Positions 1 to 12,854 of a DNA stretch of 47,186 nt are shown piece after piece. A program made the translations under genes and the position numbers. The DNA is from Chromera velia (taxonomy: Eukaryota). The notes below the pieces were generated by a model. The model was not told the origin of the DNA. It ran no database searches and worked only from the letters and a program-made list of their open reading frames with translations. The stretch lies in the NCBI GenBank assembly GCA_018398765.1, contig JAHBMJ010000448.1:1-47186 (forward strand), written 5' to 3'. Position 1 is the stretch's first letter; the number at the start of each line of letters is the position of its first letter.

Positions 1-236
<236 letters not shown>

Positions 237-237
237 A

Positions 238-798
238 GGAATGTCCGCGGCCTCGGTTTGCCTGCAGCCAATTACACAGGGACACAAAAATCGAAACAAG
301 ATACCAAGAAATGCAGCGATCATGGCAGAAGAAGACGAGATGTTGAAAGAGGCAGTAAGTAGCGTTCCCTCACGCAGGGTCTGCATGGAAGCGCATCCTC
401 TCTCTCTCTCTCCCTCTCTCTGACCTGCAGATGGCCGCATTCTCGTTGGCAGGGTGACTCTCCGCACAGAGAGCCCACTGCATCTTCAGGTACTTCCTCT
501 CATCCACCGCCACTCGAGGGGCCCAGGGGTCGATTCTCTTGAGCGCCGCAGCCTCTTTGACGCGCACGCCATGGCGACCTGGGAAAAGTGTTTTGTCCCA
601 CCCCTCAAAATGCTGGAAGGCGGCAGGGTATTGGGGGTCCCAGGCGGGGAGCGCCACCAGACGGAATTGGGTGCTTCCTCCCTTCGCGCTACCCACAGCG
701 GTTTTCTTCGGAGTGCTGATGCCCAGGGCCACCACCTTCACGTTCTTGTGGATCAGATGATCGAAGGCGAGGGACTGCAGCAAGGTGGGCAGGCAGGA

Positions 799-847
<49 letters not shown>

Positions 848-3800
848 AGGATGTATGCACCACTAAATGAAAGCACGGACGAGAGGAGAGGGTCAACTGC
901 ACCAGAGCTGGTAGTGCATGGAGGAGAAGAATGCCATCCTAGATGCCATCTCGCTGCATGGAAGATGTCACAACAACAGATGGTCATGCAAGAGAAGATT
1001 GCGGTAGCCTGTTCCTCCACTTTCTCCCTCCCTCAACAGTTACACAGCCACTCACTTACGCACCGTCACGACGTATTTTGTCAGGTGTTTTTTGTCATTG
1101 CAGACCAGAGGCACGAGATCCGATGCCCTGGGTTTCAGTACTGCATCCTGACGGTCCCACCGATCGAACTCTTGGACCTCCAATTCCTCCAGTCGGTGCA
1201 TCATCCCCCCCACCTCCAGGAAGGTTGGGGTCTTCTCGAGGTCTTTCCACGTCCTTGCTGCCTTCACCTCCTGAGAGATGAGAGCCTCAGGCCCCCCTGG
1301 TCTCGTCAGGCTCAGACTCATGCGCCAGAGGAGCTGTCTCAAAGTCCTTACAGAGTGAGGGAGACAACGCTCAAATATGTACCTGCAGAGAGGCAGACAC
1401 AGAATTACGCAGACCAGAAACATGAAAAGGATTTGGCGATGCAACACATTTTCAGGCAGTGAAAGAGTGAAAAACAGAAGAAAAGTGGTTCAGCCAGAGG
1501 AAATTCAGTCAAAGCGGGGGGCCGCGATGGTCTTATCTAATCTTCTGCAGAAGTGGGTGGAAAGATAGACGTGATCACAGGAAGACGATCCAGCAGGCAG
1601 ACAGACAAATCGACATACACGGGCACACTGACGGACTGACGCGTTTGCGTGGTATTCATCATCGCTGAGGTAGGGTTCGAAGGTCTGGATGTCCATGTTC
1701 TTGTCGGGCTTCTTCGGTGCGGAGACGTGATAGAGGCCCATCTGCTCGGCCTTGGCTTTCTTCTTCTCGAATTCGTCTTTCAACTCCTTCAACTTCTCGG
1801 CAGTGCGAGTCTTCAGGTCCTGTGAGGAACGAGAGAAAGGGGGTGGGAGGCGAGGGAGAAAGTGAGCATTGAGAAAGACTTGAAGGCAGAGAGACAACAA
1901 CAACCACAACACACAACAAACACAGCGACACAAACTTAGAGGAAAGTCATGACGAAGGGGAAACCAAACCCAAGAGGGGGAGTGCGAGACGCAGCAGAGC
2001 GACAAAGAGGCAGAGGCACTTCCACACAGACTATCAGTGACCTCTTTGAGAGTTTTCATGTCCGCCCGTCTATTCACAAAAACGTTCTGCATCGTCTCCA
2101 CTTTTTTCTCCCTGAGGTCCTCTACTTGAGAGAAGCAGTGGAACTTGTGCAGACCCGCCCGCGCCCCCTGCCTCCGCCCCTCCACATAGACCTCCATCTC
2201 CCTCAGGAGCTTCAGCCTCTCACTCAGGTGGAGGGCCAACTTCGGGGCCAGGAAGGCCAAAAAGGGCGGAAGGGCAAACTCTGCCCACTCAGGGACCTCC
2301 GAGCAAACGACCCTGTCAACAAGGAGGACGAGGGCGTAAAGGAAGAGAGAGACACGGGAAGCCTCCAGGTTGTCACTCCCGCAATCCTCTTTCTCAGTTC
2401 TTGATCTCCAGGAGCTCAGGTCGTCATACACTTCCCTGATCGAAGGGAGAGAAAAGAAAGGAACAAGGAAGAAAGGAAAGGAGAGAATTAAGGGGTTAAC
2501 GACAGCATAGACGGAAGGTATGACGCAGAGGTTGATTAAATGTCCAAGGACGCGGAAAATCATTTACACCTTAAAAAGTGGTTCAAGTCAGCCACGGAAA
2601 TGCTGTCTTTCCAGGCTGTTGAAGTCACTCAATCCCTCAGGGAGGCAAACACACACACACACACACACACACACGCGCGCGCGCGCACACACACACACAA
2701 CAAATCTTGATGTTCTCGTCCCGAGATCGCTGACTTTCCCAACAAATACAACAACCTGTTCAGAGCACCACAACAAAAGAGAGACGAAGGGAAGAGACCC
2801 ACCAGATTTTGGCGATGTTCTTCCACCCGAACTCGGTCTGCTCCTTCAGAACTTCCGGTTCCAGTCTCCACAAAAAAAACACGTGGGCCTCCAGCTCTGC
2901 CATCCGGCTCTCCACAAGCGTCTCCGTCAAGTCTTCCTCAGAGAGGAACGAACACCGCCTGCAACAGCACACGAGGCGCACATAAGAAAAGGAAAAACCA
3001 AAAAGAGGAAGCAAAGGAAGTCCACCGGGGTCGCAAGCGAAAGATCAGAAAAAGGAAGCAAATTGCTGCCCACCCCTGACTGCGAAATCAGAAAGACAAG
3101 ACCGACAGACTGACTTGAGCACTTGTGCAGTCGTGAGGCAGTCACGGATCGTCGGCAGTCCCGCGAACTCTCCTGCCCCCTTCTCCTGGATTCTCTGCTG
3201 CTGTTCAAGGAACGTCCGTGCAAGCTCTGCCTCCTCCCCGCTCCGCACAGCCTTCAGACGTTCATCGGCAAACTGGGCAAACGCCTTCGCACACTCAAAG
3301 TTGTGCACTGCCGCGTCAAGAACGCTGTCCGGAGTGACGGGTGCGAGTCGGAACTTTTTCCTCCGCGCTTCCTTCTCGCACACGGACGCGAACCCGTCCT
3401 CCAGCAGAGAGCGGCAGGACCCCACCGCCTCCTCCGAGTCAAGAACCAGCATCTGCCGGAGGCTCTGGACAACACCCGGAAGGGGGCCTTCCATCTCGTG
3501 AGCCAGGCCCTGGATCTTCACGACGGCTGTGGAGAGCTGGTGCATGGACTCACTCAGAAGGGCCTTGCACTGCATTCAGGGAGAGAGGGAAGGGAAGGGG
3601 GAGAAACGCAAAATATGGATGAAGGAGGGAAGAGAGGAACAAAGGGATCCAGACACTCAAAAATGAAACGCCAGGGAGGGAAGGAGGGAATTCCTCTGAA
3701 TGGACGCGGGGTAGGCCTTCATCTCTCTGCTCCTTCCACGTATCCATGTGTGCGGGGTGCAGTGAGGATACGATGCAACGACCGCGAGACAAAGGGGTAT

Positions 3801-5433
3801 GCATCTCTTCTGCTGTGTTTGGGGCAGCGGAAGAAAGGGGGGACAATCTGCTCGTTCCTGCCTTTTGAAATAGTCTGCCAGAAGTGCTCAAACAAGCTCC
3901 TGTGATCTAATGTGAATATCGTGCAGAGAGAGGGAGTTCCAAATTTTCTTCTTCACAGCTTCTCATTTCCTGACCTTCGTCTCTGCAGAGGCCGCGTACT
4001 TGCGGAGAACGTTAGCAAGCTGGAGGGCCTTGGCAAGCTCGTAGAGGACTTTCCCAGCTTCTTTCCCGTGATCCTGAGAAACAGAGACAGAGAATGGGGA
4101 AGAGGATCTATATGTGCACTGTATCTCGAAGTCGGCATGGGAGTGTGGGCAGGAGGGGGTCAACCAACAAGCACGCAAGGCACTTTCCTCACGACTGTAC
4201 GGGACTGCTGTCTGGTGAGGGCACGTGGAGACGGAAGCAAAGTAAAGGCCTTGGTGTGCAGAGAGAGACAGACGGCGAATCACTCAAGAACAAAGAGGAA
4301 GACGGGAAAGTCCTTCGGTGAGAACGACGAGGAGTTGCTGTAGAGAAGGGAGGAGGTTTTAGGAAAAGCTGGGGGGAAAAGGGGGGGGGGGAAGATGTGG
4401 GGAGAGGGAGGAAGCCACAGAGAGTAAGAGAGGCAACCATTTCCTGAATGGGTCATTTCTGCCAGAGAAACGCACTTGAAGAACCAGGGCCACGAAAAGG
4501 AGGAAGACGCAGCCGTGAGCAACCACAACTGAAAACGAATAAAGGGGTTTCAACACCAAAGCCATGTCCAAGCAGAAAAAGGGGCCTCAACTATGAAAGA
4601 CAGTCAGGAAAGGGGGAGAGACTGAAAGAGAACAGAGTCAGAAGGAGAATGACCTCCACGAGAGAGTTGAAGAGGAAAAGATGCGAGTAGAAGAACAGAT
4701 TCCCTCTGGAGACTTTCACGTCGTTATTCTCGTCCACGGTGAATTTGTTCTTCAGAGGAAGCTGGAGCCCCTCATGTCTCTCGAGTTTGGGGTTCAGTGC
4801 AGGCACGAGGATGTCTGCAAGAAAGCTGTGAATGCGCCTCCCCTTGTCCTTGTCCTCACTCATTGCTTCTGCCCTTAGGTGTCCCAGCTGCACGCAATTA
4901 GGCATCGAAGAGAGGCAGAGAGGATCGCATTTCTTTTCGGTCAGCATGAAAGAAGGTGGATAAAATCAGAGAAGGAGGCAGTGAGAGACGGACGAGTCCA
5001 TCTATTAGTGACTTCTTCTGACCTGTACTGCGAAGACCTGAGGGTCCACTCGGGAAGCGGGGCACGATCCCACATAGTGAGGGAAGCAGACTCCTGCCCC
5101 CTGGATGGATTTCTCCTGCTCGTTTAGAGTGGGGAGAGGAGGGAAGACGGTGATGCGGAACGAGCCGTCTCGTTTTTCTATCTGAACCGCAGCTGCGTCT
5201 CCGAAGTGCATGAAGAAACGGCGCTGTGTCGCCAGGTTCTCTAGAGTGCTCTTGACATCCAGGGCTCCAGATTGAAGAGTGCTGAGGTCTTCTACAAGTG
5301 CTCTGAGAGTTCCTGACTCTTCCCTCTTCAGCACGTCGATGAGAGACGAGAGGGCAATTCCATCGTCATCAGTCTGACAAACCCCCCCATTGCCGGGGGG
5401 CAAGGTCAACTTTTCGAGAACACCCCTAAGCAT
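238..5433 (-). CDS. 5' portion of a large multi-exon gene resembling DUF6606 / DUF3638-DUF3645 family giant proteins; 3' end lies beyond the left edge
   Basis: ATG at 5433. Exon 5023-5433 (LEKLTLPPG..QTDDD..FFMHFGDAAAVQIEK..FRITVFPPLP..CFP) resembles the DUF6606 pattern (HVFLPP.LPQ.DD..LHI..QNA.L.I....FE.FE.SP). Exon 4654-4887 is phase-compatible. Further GT-AG exons lie near 3975-4072, 3116-3575, 2800-2957, 2030-2435, 1640-1818, 1065-1381, 424-750 and 238-262 (approximate). Later motifs MDIQTFEPYLSDDEYHANA/YIFERCLP and YLKMQWALCAESHPANENAAICRQTE match recalled family motifs (I..HEWPLP...AKA.VFEL..P; Y..LQ.A...T.H..NEVIA.Q..CP). Confidence 0.7.
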
Positions 5434-7241
5434 GGTCTCTCTGAGCTCCTAGTACTTTGGGGAGCAACATAGACTGATACAAGAAAGGAATGACATCACG
5501 CAAAACTGAAGGAAGTAGGTCACCTGCTGTTCGGCTTCTCGACTTCCCATCCAACGAGCACCCCTGCCAGGGGGGCACGTAGTGCTTCGAAACTTCATTC
5601 CCTGCGATTCCCTCAGACCTCCGGGATTTCGATTTTCGACGATTCAGCAATGTGTCGACAGAACAAGATGCCGTCGAAAAATGCAGGAAGCAGTATATAT
5701 GGAGAGTGATGGGGCAGACTCTCGATGACGATCGTCTCTGGAGACGCGTCCGCGCAAGAATCCCGAGTCAGCCCCCTGTCGGGTCATGTCGGGTCATGCA
5801 TGCAGAGCACACAAAAATCCCAACGCGTGCATGGAGCCGGCTGGGATGGCTGGGGACACGCGAATGTGTTGTTCGGAATTTAAATTGTTCGGAAAATTTC
5901 TCAAAGTCAGTCAGAGACTCTCTCAAAATCTCGTATATATATAGACTGAACGCAAACACACGTACGCGCTCTTTCATGTCACTGTGGTGGTACAGCTTCT
6001 CCGAAGAGTGAAAGGGAGAGCATACCAGCTCGAGTGGACTTTCAAATTTAGGCAGAAGTCGAGGGATTTCTTCGAATATATGCATACTGAAAGTCAAGTT
6101 TTTTTGTCTCCCTCGCTGTCTCCGTATGCCGTCAAGACTCGAATTCCAGCTTGACTGCTCCGCTCTGATCATGGCGCAAGAGGGCCAACCTGATAAGGAG
6201 GCCCTCAGGATATGGCTGGCAGGCACAGGAAGAGTCACACTGGTCATGCTTTTGAATGAGAAAAATCCAGAAGCCGGCATGTGAGGTCTTCTACCGCATC
6301 AGACGGGGAAGATACAGGAAGATTTCTTTCTGGCAATGCTTGGCGTGACAGCGATTCCCACAGGGCAGTCGCCAGCAGGTACGTATGTTCGCACTCAGTT
6401 CTTCATTTTCATGCCTGCAGCAAAGAGGAGCTGGGTTTATATTCAGGAGTCACGCAGTTTTGATCCTCGCAGGCCCGACCGAGAGGTTCACTGTTGCTTT
6501 TCTCCGTAGCCATCCTATGATCGCTTTTCGCGCTAGTTTTCGCGAATGAGTTCCTTCTAAATCGACAATTTATCTCCCTTCTCTCTGCGTCTTGTGATCT
6601 AGATTTCCTGCCGGCATGTATGCCACTGGGTCTGCCATGCATGCATGCAGGCCCAGCATCGGACTCCGCGTCTTCCTCATTTTCTCCTTTCAAGGAAGAT
6701 CCCGAAGGGAAGGAACTATCGATATAACAAGGGAGAATTAAGTGAAAGGCGGGGACCTGGTGCCACCCATGAACCAAGTAAGAAATTCAATAAAGAAAAA
6801 GAACTCTGGAAAATTCAAGGAGAAGGGATGAACGAAAAGCATGCATGGGTATTCTGGGGGCGTCCCCCTCGAAGCAGATTCAAATGAAGAGACAGAGTTG
6901 TGGATTATTTGGAAGACAGTGAAGAGAAACGCAAGGACGCATCTTACGCACGGACAGTTTTCTTCTTCCCTTTTCTACATGCAAATCTTTTGTTTCCAAA
7001 CCGCTCCTGTGCATCTGTGAGGCTTTCCACTAATTTTCATGTTCGCTGTTTGTTCTACCTTTGAGATTTCTTTTCGATCTTCAGAGGATCTCTCTCTTTT
7101 ATTGTTTTTTTTGCCCGTATCCACTTTGGAGGGGTGGAGTTCTTCCAATCAAAAATCAACTGAATTCTTGGGTAAAGGACAAGTGCATTTACTTGTAGAT
7201 CAGAACGGATCTGAATCTGTGGCCAAATTGAATGATTGCAG

Positions 7242-8684
7242 GCTGTGGGAAACGCGGCCGCTGCCCGTGCAACCACGAGAACATGAACACGGATCAGATG
7301 AAAGAGCTCATCAGGCTGGGGTTGAACTTCTTTTCTTACGGCAAACAGTGGGGGAACGTGGGGAAAGCTGTCCAGATTCATAAGTGCGCCCTGGTCACCC
7401 AGGTAGCGACCGAGGTGTCCGGACTTTCGGAGCTCTCTCTGGAGGAAGCCGGTGGGGAGACGTGTTGAGGTTGAAGAGAGACCTACATCAGTAGTCTTTT
7501 TTTTTCGTGAACACTTTCTTTTGTCCTTGTTTTTTTGTCTCTCTGCCATTTCGAATGCCTGTTTTTTGGGTTGCTTCCGCATTCGTATCTGTGTCTTGTC
7601 AAGTTGCCTGGCCTCCTTGCTGTCTTCTTTGTTGCGTATGTCTGATGTCTGCCTGTGTACGTTCATGCAAGGGCAAACGTGTCAATGATGGATCTGCCTG
7701 CCTGACTCTATTGTTGCAGGACGCAATAGAGGTGACGGATGACAGGAGGCAATTTTTTCAACTCCGAGTCGATGCAAGGACGCATGAGGTTTGTTGATCA
7801 GTCAGCCTGTCTTTCTGTCTGGCAGTAATGTGCACGATCAACAGGGTTTGCAAGGACATGAAATAAATAATTCGAAAAAGAGGAGATACGCCGTCGCTTG
7901 TGTCTCAGCAGCTCAGTCGTTGTCTTGTTTTTGCATTCATTTCCTCCCTCGGCAGTCTTGTATCCGTGCGACTCTTCCGACTTTGTATTCATTCTGACCA
8001 TATGCAGCTGTTCTTGCTCTCTGACCAGGTCCTGTACTATGCGCGTATCCTAGTATCCGTGCATATGAGAAGGATCTTGATATTGACGAATCTCGTCTGT
8101 GCCTTGTTCTTGCTGCAGCTGTGGATGCTGGAAAAGGATCCGGTCAGTAAAGGAATCTTTTCACGTCTGAACATCTGTGCACATGGCTGTTTAATTCTGT
8201 GCATGCTCTCTCTCTGGGTCTGCTTCCTGTTGGCTTCGCGGCTGTCTTTTGTTTGTTCGTGCCGGCATACCTCAGAAGCTGCCTCTCGGCCTCCCTCCCC
8301 TGTGTCTTTCTGTGAGTCTCTGTGTGCGTCTGCCTACCTGCATGCCTTCTCCAACGCATGTACGGTCCTGTCGGCGTCTCCTTTCTGTGTGGTGCAGGAT
8401 GGAAACAAAGTGTGGCGCGTTGTCGACGAGTTTCTGAGCAACGACGAGGACAGCGAGTCCGATGACGTCAGTCAGGATGGAAAGACGGCCTGCATCTCTG
8501 TCTGCCTGTCTGTCAGTCTGTATGTATGTATGTCTTGCGTTCTTCGGTTATTGCTTCCTTTCTGAGGTTGTGATTGTTTGCAAGTATGCCTGTGCGTGTG
8601 CGTCTCTCTTCTCGTATTTTTTTGCCTTCTCATCTTTCTGATGTCGGGACGGCTGGCTTCTTCGCTATTCTTCAGGCAGACTGA
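7242..8684 (+). CDS. Small multi-exon hypothetical protein; 5' exons and start codon not resolved (upstream of 7242)
   Basis: Phase-consistent GT-AG exons: 7242-7402 (GCGKRGRCPCNHEN...ALVTQ), 7720-7788 (DAIEVTDDRRQFFQLRVDARTHE), ~8029-8052 (VLYYARIL), ~8119-8142 (LWMLEKDP), ~8398-8466 (DGNKVWRVVDEFLSNDEDSESDD) and 8676-8684 (AD-stop). No family recognised. Confidence 0.45.
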
Positions 8685-8809
8685 TGAATTGAAAGTCCAA
8701 GTATGATTGCGGTCGACTTTGAAAGAGAATTTCCACACGCTTTGCTCACAGTCATCGCGTCAGCCTTTTCAAGGTGTTTCTGTTGAAGCTTGTCCTCACC
8801 CATTGCGCA

Positions 8810-8811
<2 letters not shown>

Positions 8812-8849
<38 letters not shown>

Positions 8850-8921
8850 TGCGTGTGTGTGTGTGTATGTGTGCGTGCGTGTGTGTGTGTGTGTGCGTGT
8901 GTGTGTATGTGTATGTGTGTA

Positions 8922-8957
<36 letters not shown>

Positions 8958-8975
8958 CGTGCATGCGTGCGTGTA

Positions 8976-9011
<36 letters not shown>
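8812..9011. repeat. (GT)n microsatellite, degenerate
   Basis: Directly visible. Confidence 0.95.
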
Positions 9012-9013
<2 letters not shown>

Positions 9014-9445
9014 GCCTGCAGAGAGTCGAGAAGGTGGTAGCAGTGTACATGCCCGCCGACGGCCTCGCTCCAGCCCCCCAGTTGAGTGTGCTGTCTTCGG
9101 GGAGTGCGGAGGTGAGTCAGTCACTGAACGATCGAGCACAATTCGAGAAAACAATTGGTGGTTCCCCTCATGGTCATGCAGGGAGAGTGCTGCTGAGACT
9201 TTTGCAATTATTGTCGTGACAAGCCTAGGCAGCTTCTCTCTCCAGCAGCACAAATTAACTCGATAGTCACTTCCGGGGCTTTTCTTCGCGAATCCTTTCG
9301 GGAAGATGGGCCAGGCCAGCAGTTGACTCAGAGAAGAGGTCTCCGTCTGTGTCCGAGTGTCCGTGTGTGAGAGAGAGAGAGAGTCTTTTGTATGCTTCAG
9401 GTGTATGCATGCATATGTGTGTCGTTCTCCTTTTGTGTTTGTCAG

Positions 9446-10289
9446 GAACCCCCCCTCAAGATGCAGAAGCGGTCTGCGGGAGACGAGGGCGAGAGCGAGG
9501 AAGAGGATGGCCGTGATGGTGGAAGGTAGGGCAGAGGAAACGGAGGGGGCGAGGGCAGTGGAGAACGGGAAGGTGAGGGCACTGCGGAAAACCGAAGGGT
9601 TGAGCGGCAGACCAGACGGCAGACTTAGTACCTGGAGGGAGACGGGATCGAGTGATCAGGAATGGCTGCGCTTCTGTCAGATGCTCCTGCAGAATCCGAC
9701 AGCGACGAAGCAGCCGGCTTTCCTGTTGAGTGGGCGGGGAAGTGGCCCGTCTCTGAGCGGGAACCGGGGGGAGCAAGCGTGCCTCGCTATTTGGCGAGCT
9801 CCCGGGGTTTCGCAAGCGTTCTTGGAGGACTCCATGGCTTCTTGCTGCGTCGTCGCACGTCTAATCAAGGCATGCAGGGAGCCGGGTAAGAAGAAGTGGG
9901 GGGAGAACAGAGACTCCACGAAGCACCGCAGGGAGGTGGAAGGGCGGGGGGCATACACGAAAATAAGAGACTTACTTGGGTCGGAAGGCTACGAAGGGCC
10001 ATCTACGGCCGTCAGCTCGCAGCAGCCAACAGCAGTCAAGTCCTCCTTTCCCCGTACCTGTCTGTTGTGATTGCGCTCCAAGAGTGCACAGGTGAAGGGT
10101 CGGAGGAAACAGAGGGTGCGGCAAAGGGTGTTGGGGATGATTGCACGGGTGGAGGAGAAGTGGACCTCAAGGTTCAGAGCACTGGAGGAGAGGGCAGAGC
10201 AGCGCCTCCGGAACGTTGGCGACCATTCTGGTCCGTTCGGTTTTTTATCACATAAGCTTCAAACGACTCTACATCTTTCTACCTCTTGA
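9446..10289 (+). pseudogene. Probable decayed coding remnant of unknown family
   Basis: ORFs 9357-10070 and 10071-10289 share a frame and are separated by one TGA (10068-10070). The sequence is GC/purine-rich and coding-like, with an acceptor GTCAG at ~9445. No domain recognised. Confidence 0.3.
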
Positions 10290-11545
10290 CGTCATGAACT
10301 TTGTTGCATTTTCCCGCAGCAGAAAGAAGACAGCCCTTCACTGACAGGCACATCAAGTGGAAAGAATAAGACCGAGCTACAATAAGACCGTCTACCGCGA
10401 TCACTCGTACTCTCTTCTGTGATTTTCATTCATGACTTCAGAAAGAACCTTTTGAGTTTCAGACCTTGCAAGCTCTCAGGATCGTTGTGGCAAAACCCAT
10501 GAGTCTGTCTTAGAGTCTTCTCCCTCTCTCGGCGACGCACAATGGTAAAAAAAAAAAAAAAATCTAAAAACATCTATTCTTTTTTTTTTTTTATTTAAAA
10601 TTTTATTGTATATGTAAAAAAAAATAAAGGTTAAATGACTAGCTTCAACTAGAGTTTGAATCATATCTAGGATCCCAGTTTCACTTTTAGCTTGGTAGAC
10701 GCTTAAAAGGATTGACCAAAACTAGCTTCGACTAGAGCTTCGAAATGTATATCGTCCTAGATATCGTCAAAGAGCCAGTCAAAGAACTTCTCCTCTGTCT
10801 GCTCTTCTGTCTGCATCCATACATTCATCCTTCTTGTCACTTTTTGTATAGGACAAAAGAGAGCCCCCTTTTTCCTTCGCCTGCTCGCTCGCCTTCGTCC
10901 CTGTAATCCCCTTTTGCGATGGTCGCTGCGTGCAGTGCCATACACGCAGACTTCATTGCAGTTGAACAAGGGGAAAAAGATCGGTTGGTTCGTATTCAAC
11001 AAAGTTAATGATGGAATGGTGAAGACACTAGTAGAAACAAACGTATAATAACAACTAGGACTAGAACTCGGGTTGAAACTAGGGTTGAAAGATGTTTAAA
11101 ACTTTGAGTTGAGTAATAAGTTTATGAGGAAGTTAGTTTAAAAGTACTTCTAAAAGGTGCTCCTCTAGGTGCTCCTAGAGGTGCTCTAGGAAATCGTTCG
11201 TAGAAAAAAAGAAAAAAAAAATCTGGAAAGGTCTTTTTTTTTTTTTTTACCACTGTGCATCGCCTAGCTCCCTCTTTATGAGTAGCTGCGTGTGTATCCC
11301 TATGTTGTACTATATGAATGCATATATGCATATACTTACACGCATATATGAGTATGTCTGTACGTGCCTCTGCGTACATATGTGCTGCATGTAGATAGTT
11401 GCGATTAGGTGGGTACGTATATGTATATATGTATGTATGTATGCATTATATCTGCATCTGCCTTTTTGATCCGGAACCCCTTCGACGCAGTTTTCTTCTG
11501 TGTACCTGGTCAACAGTTCTGTTTTGTCCCCTTTTTTGATCTGCA

Positions 11546-12854
11546 GGTCTTCTCATCGCTTTGGAGAGGAGCCTCTCGGAGCAGAATGATCCCCTGAGAG
11601 AGGTGTACGGTGAGGTGCTGCTTCCGGGCTTTGTGTCTGCCTATCAGCAGATGCAGTCATGGCGGGTGGAGGTGGAGAACGAGAGGATGCCAGACTCATT
11701 CAAGGCGGATATCCATTTCTCAGTCAGTATAGTCGAAGACTACAGAGATGGTTTTATTCACAAAGAGCCAGAGTTTAATGCTGAAAACAAAAGGAAGACC
11801 ATGAACCATGCAGTGCGAGTCACCTCTCAAAGTGTTTTCCTATTCATGATGTTCATCACTCTATTCTGGACCTCTGTTTTAAATGTTGATCCTTACAGGG
11901 GTCTCGCTCTTTGATGCTCTTTGGTGCCATCTCTCACAATCAACGACAGGTTTTTTTTTTTCCTGTTTAAACATGACATCCTGCAGGTTTTTGGACTCCT
12001 CTAGCTTCACAGCCTGAATGGATGATTCACAATGTTCTCCTTCTAGGTTCTCTTTATGCTTTCTTAATTTTTGTGGCTGCAGACGCTGTCGTCTCCGATC
12101 ACCTGCTGCCTCATGAAGGGGTGGAACGTGGGGCAAGGGGACGACGCCCAAGAGGGAGACACCGCATTGGTGGGGTAGAAGCCGGAAAGTTTCCCCCAAG
12201 AGTTTCGGGAAGGCGTGCTTAGTGTGGTCGTAGGATTAGCTAAATAGTACGTCATTCTGGTGAAAACCCGGGAGGCAGGGGAGGAAGCGGCTCTGGGAGA
12301 GGAGCTCGACATTGTCGAGACTCGGAACCTAACGACAGGGAGGGTCTACCGGTACCAGGACCCAAAGCGTGCATGGGGGTATGGGGCGGCTCCCAAGTTC
12401 TTTCGGAAGGTCCCTCTGGAGAATCTCCTCACCCTCTTGTCGTCAAAGGGAGTCATGATGCTTCAGGTATCATTTCAAATGACACACATCTTCGCGGTAC
12501 ATCGGTTTGGTATATTAACTTAATTCTAGTAATCATGCACAACATTTTTGTCATCCAGAGGCATAATTAAGTATAGGCAGAAGTCAAAATATAGCACAGT
12601 CAGTCCCAACACCTTTGATACAAACATGAAGAGACTCTCGATTTATGCATGTGTGATTGGTGGCAATGCGATGCATGTAACTCTTTTTATTGGAGATCAT
12701 CGGTGTATGCCTTTTTTCTTTGCGATGGGTGGCTTACAAATGATCGATTGATTTTGCTTTTACACGTACAGTACACCGATCCGACTCGAGTAAGGGCTCG
12801 TTTCGTGAGGACGACTTATCCAAAAGAGGCGGAAAAGGAAGAAGAAGAAGAGAG
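11546..12854 (+). pseudogene. Multi-exon pseudogene or captured gene fragment of unknown family
   Basis: Acceptor CTGCAG at ~11545, then GLLIALERSLSEQNDPLREVYGEVLLPGFVSAYQQMQ...; exon from 12083 reads TLSSPITCCLMKGWNVG...LVG*KPESFPQEFREG...LAK*YVILVKTRE...WGYGAAPKFFRKVPLENLL with two in-frame TAGs (12176-78, 12245-47); a further exon-like block at ~12772-12854. Flanked by AT-rich repeat debris. Confidence 0.45.

Noticed and set aside
5426..6280. ORFs 5426-5650 and 5768-6280 as 5' exons of the first gene
   Set aside because: The domain-like sequence starts right at ATG 5433; these ORFs are not joined to it by evident splice sites and have no protein-like features.
8681..8700. CTGATGA-ATT-GAAA hammerhead-like core (also CTGATGA at ~45685)
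   Set aside because: No stem I or stem III pairing; the first coincides with a stop-codon exon and the second lacks a downstream GAAA.
8672..9266. ORFs rich in CVCV/THTH (also at 36522-36908 and 46828-47172) and FLSF/ERKK/QTDR ORFs (17975-18392, 37162-37851)
   Set aside because: They are translations of microsatellites that lack stop codons, not proteins.
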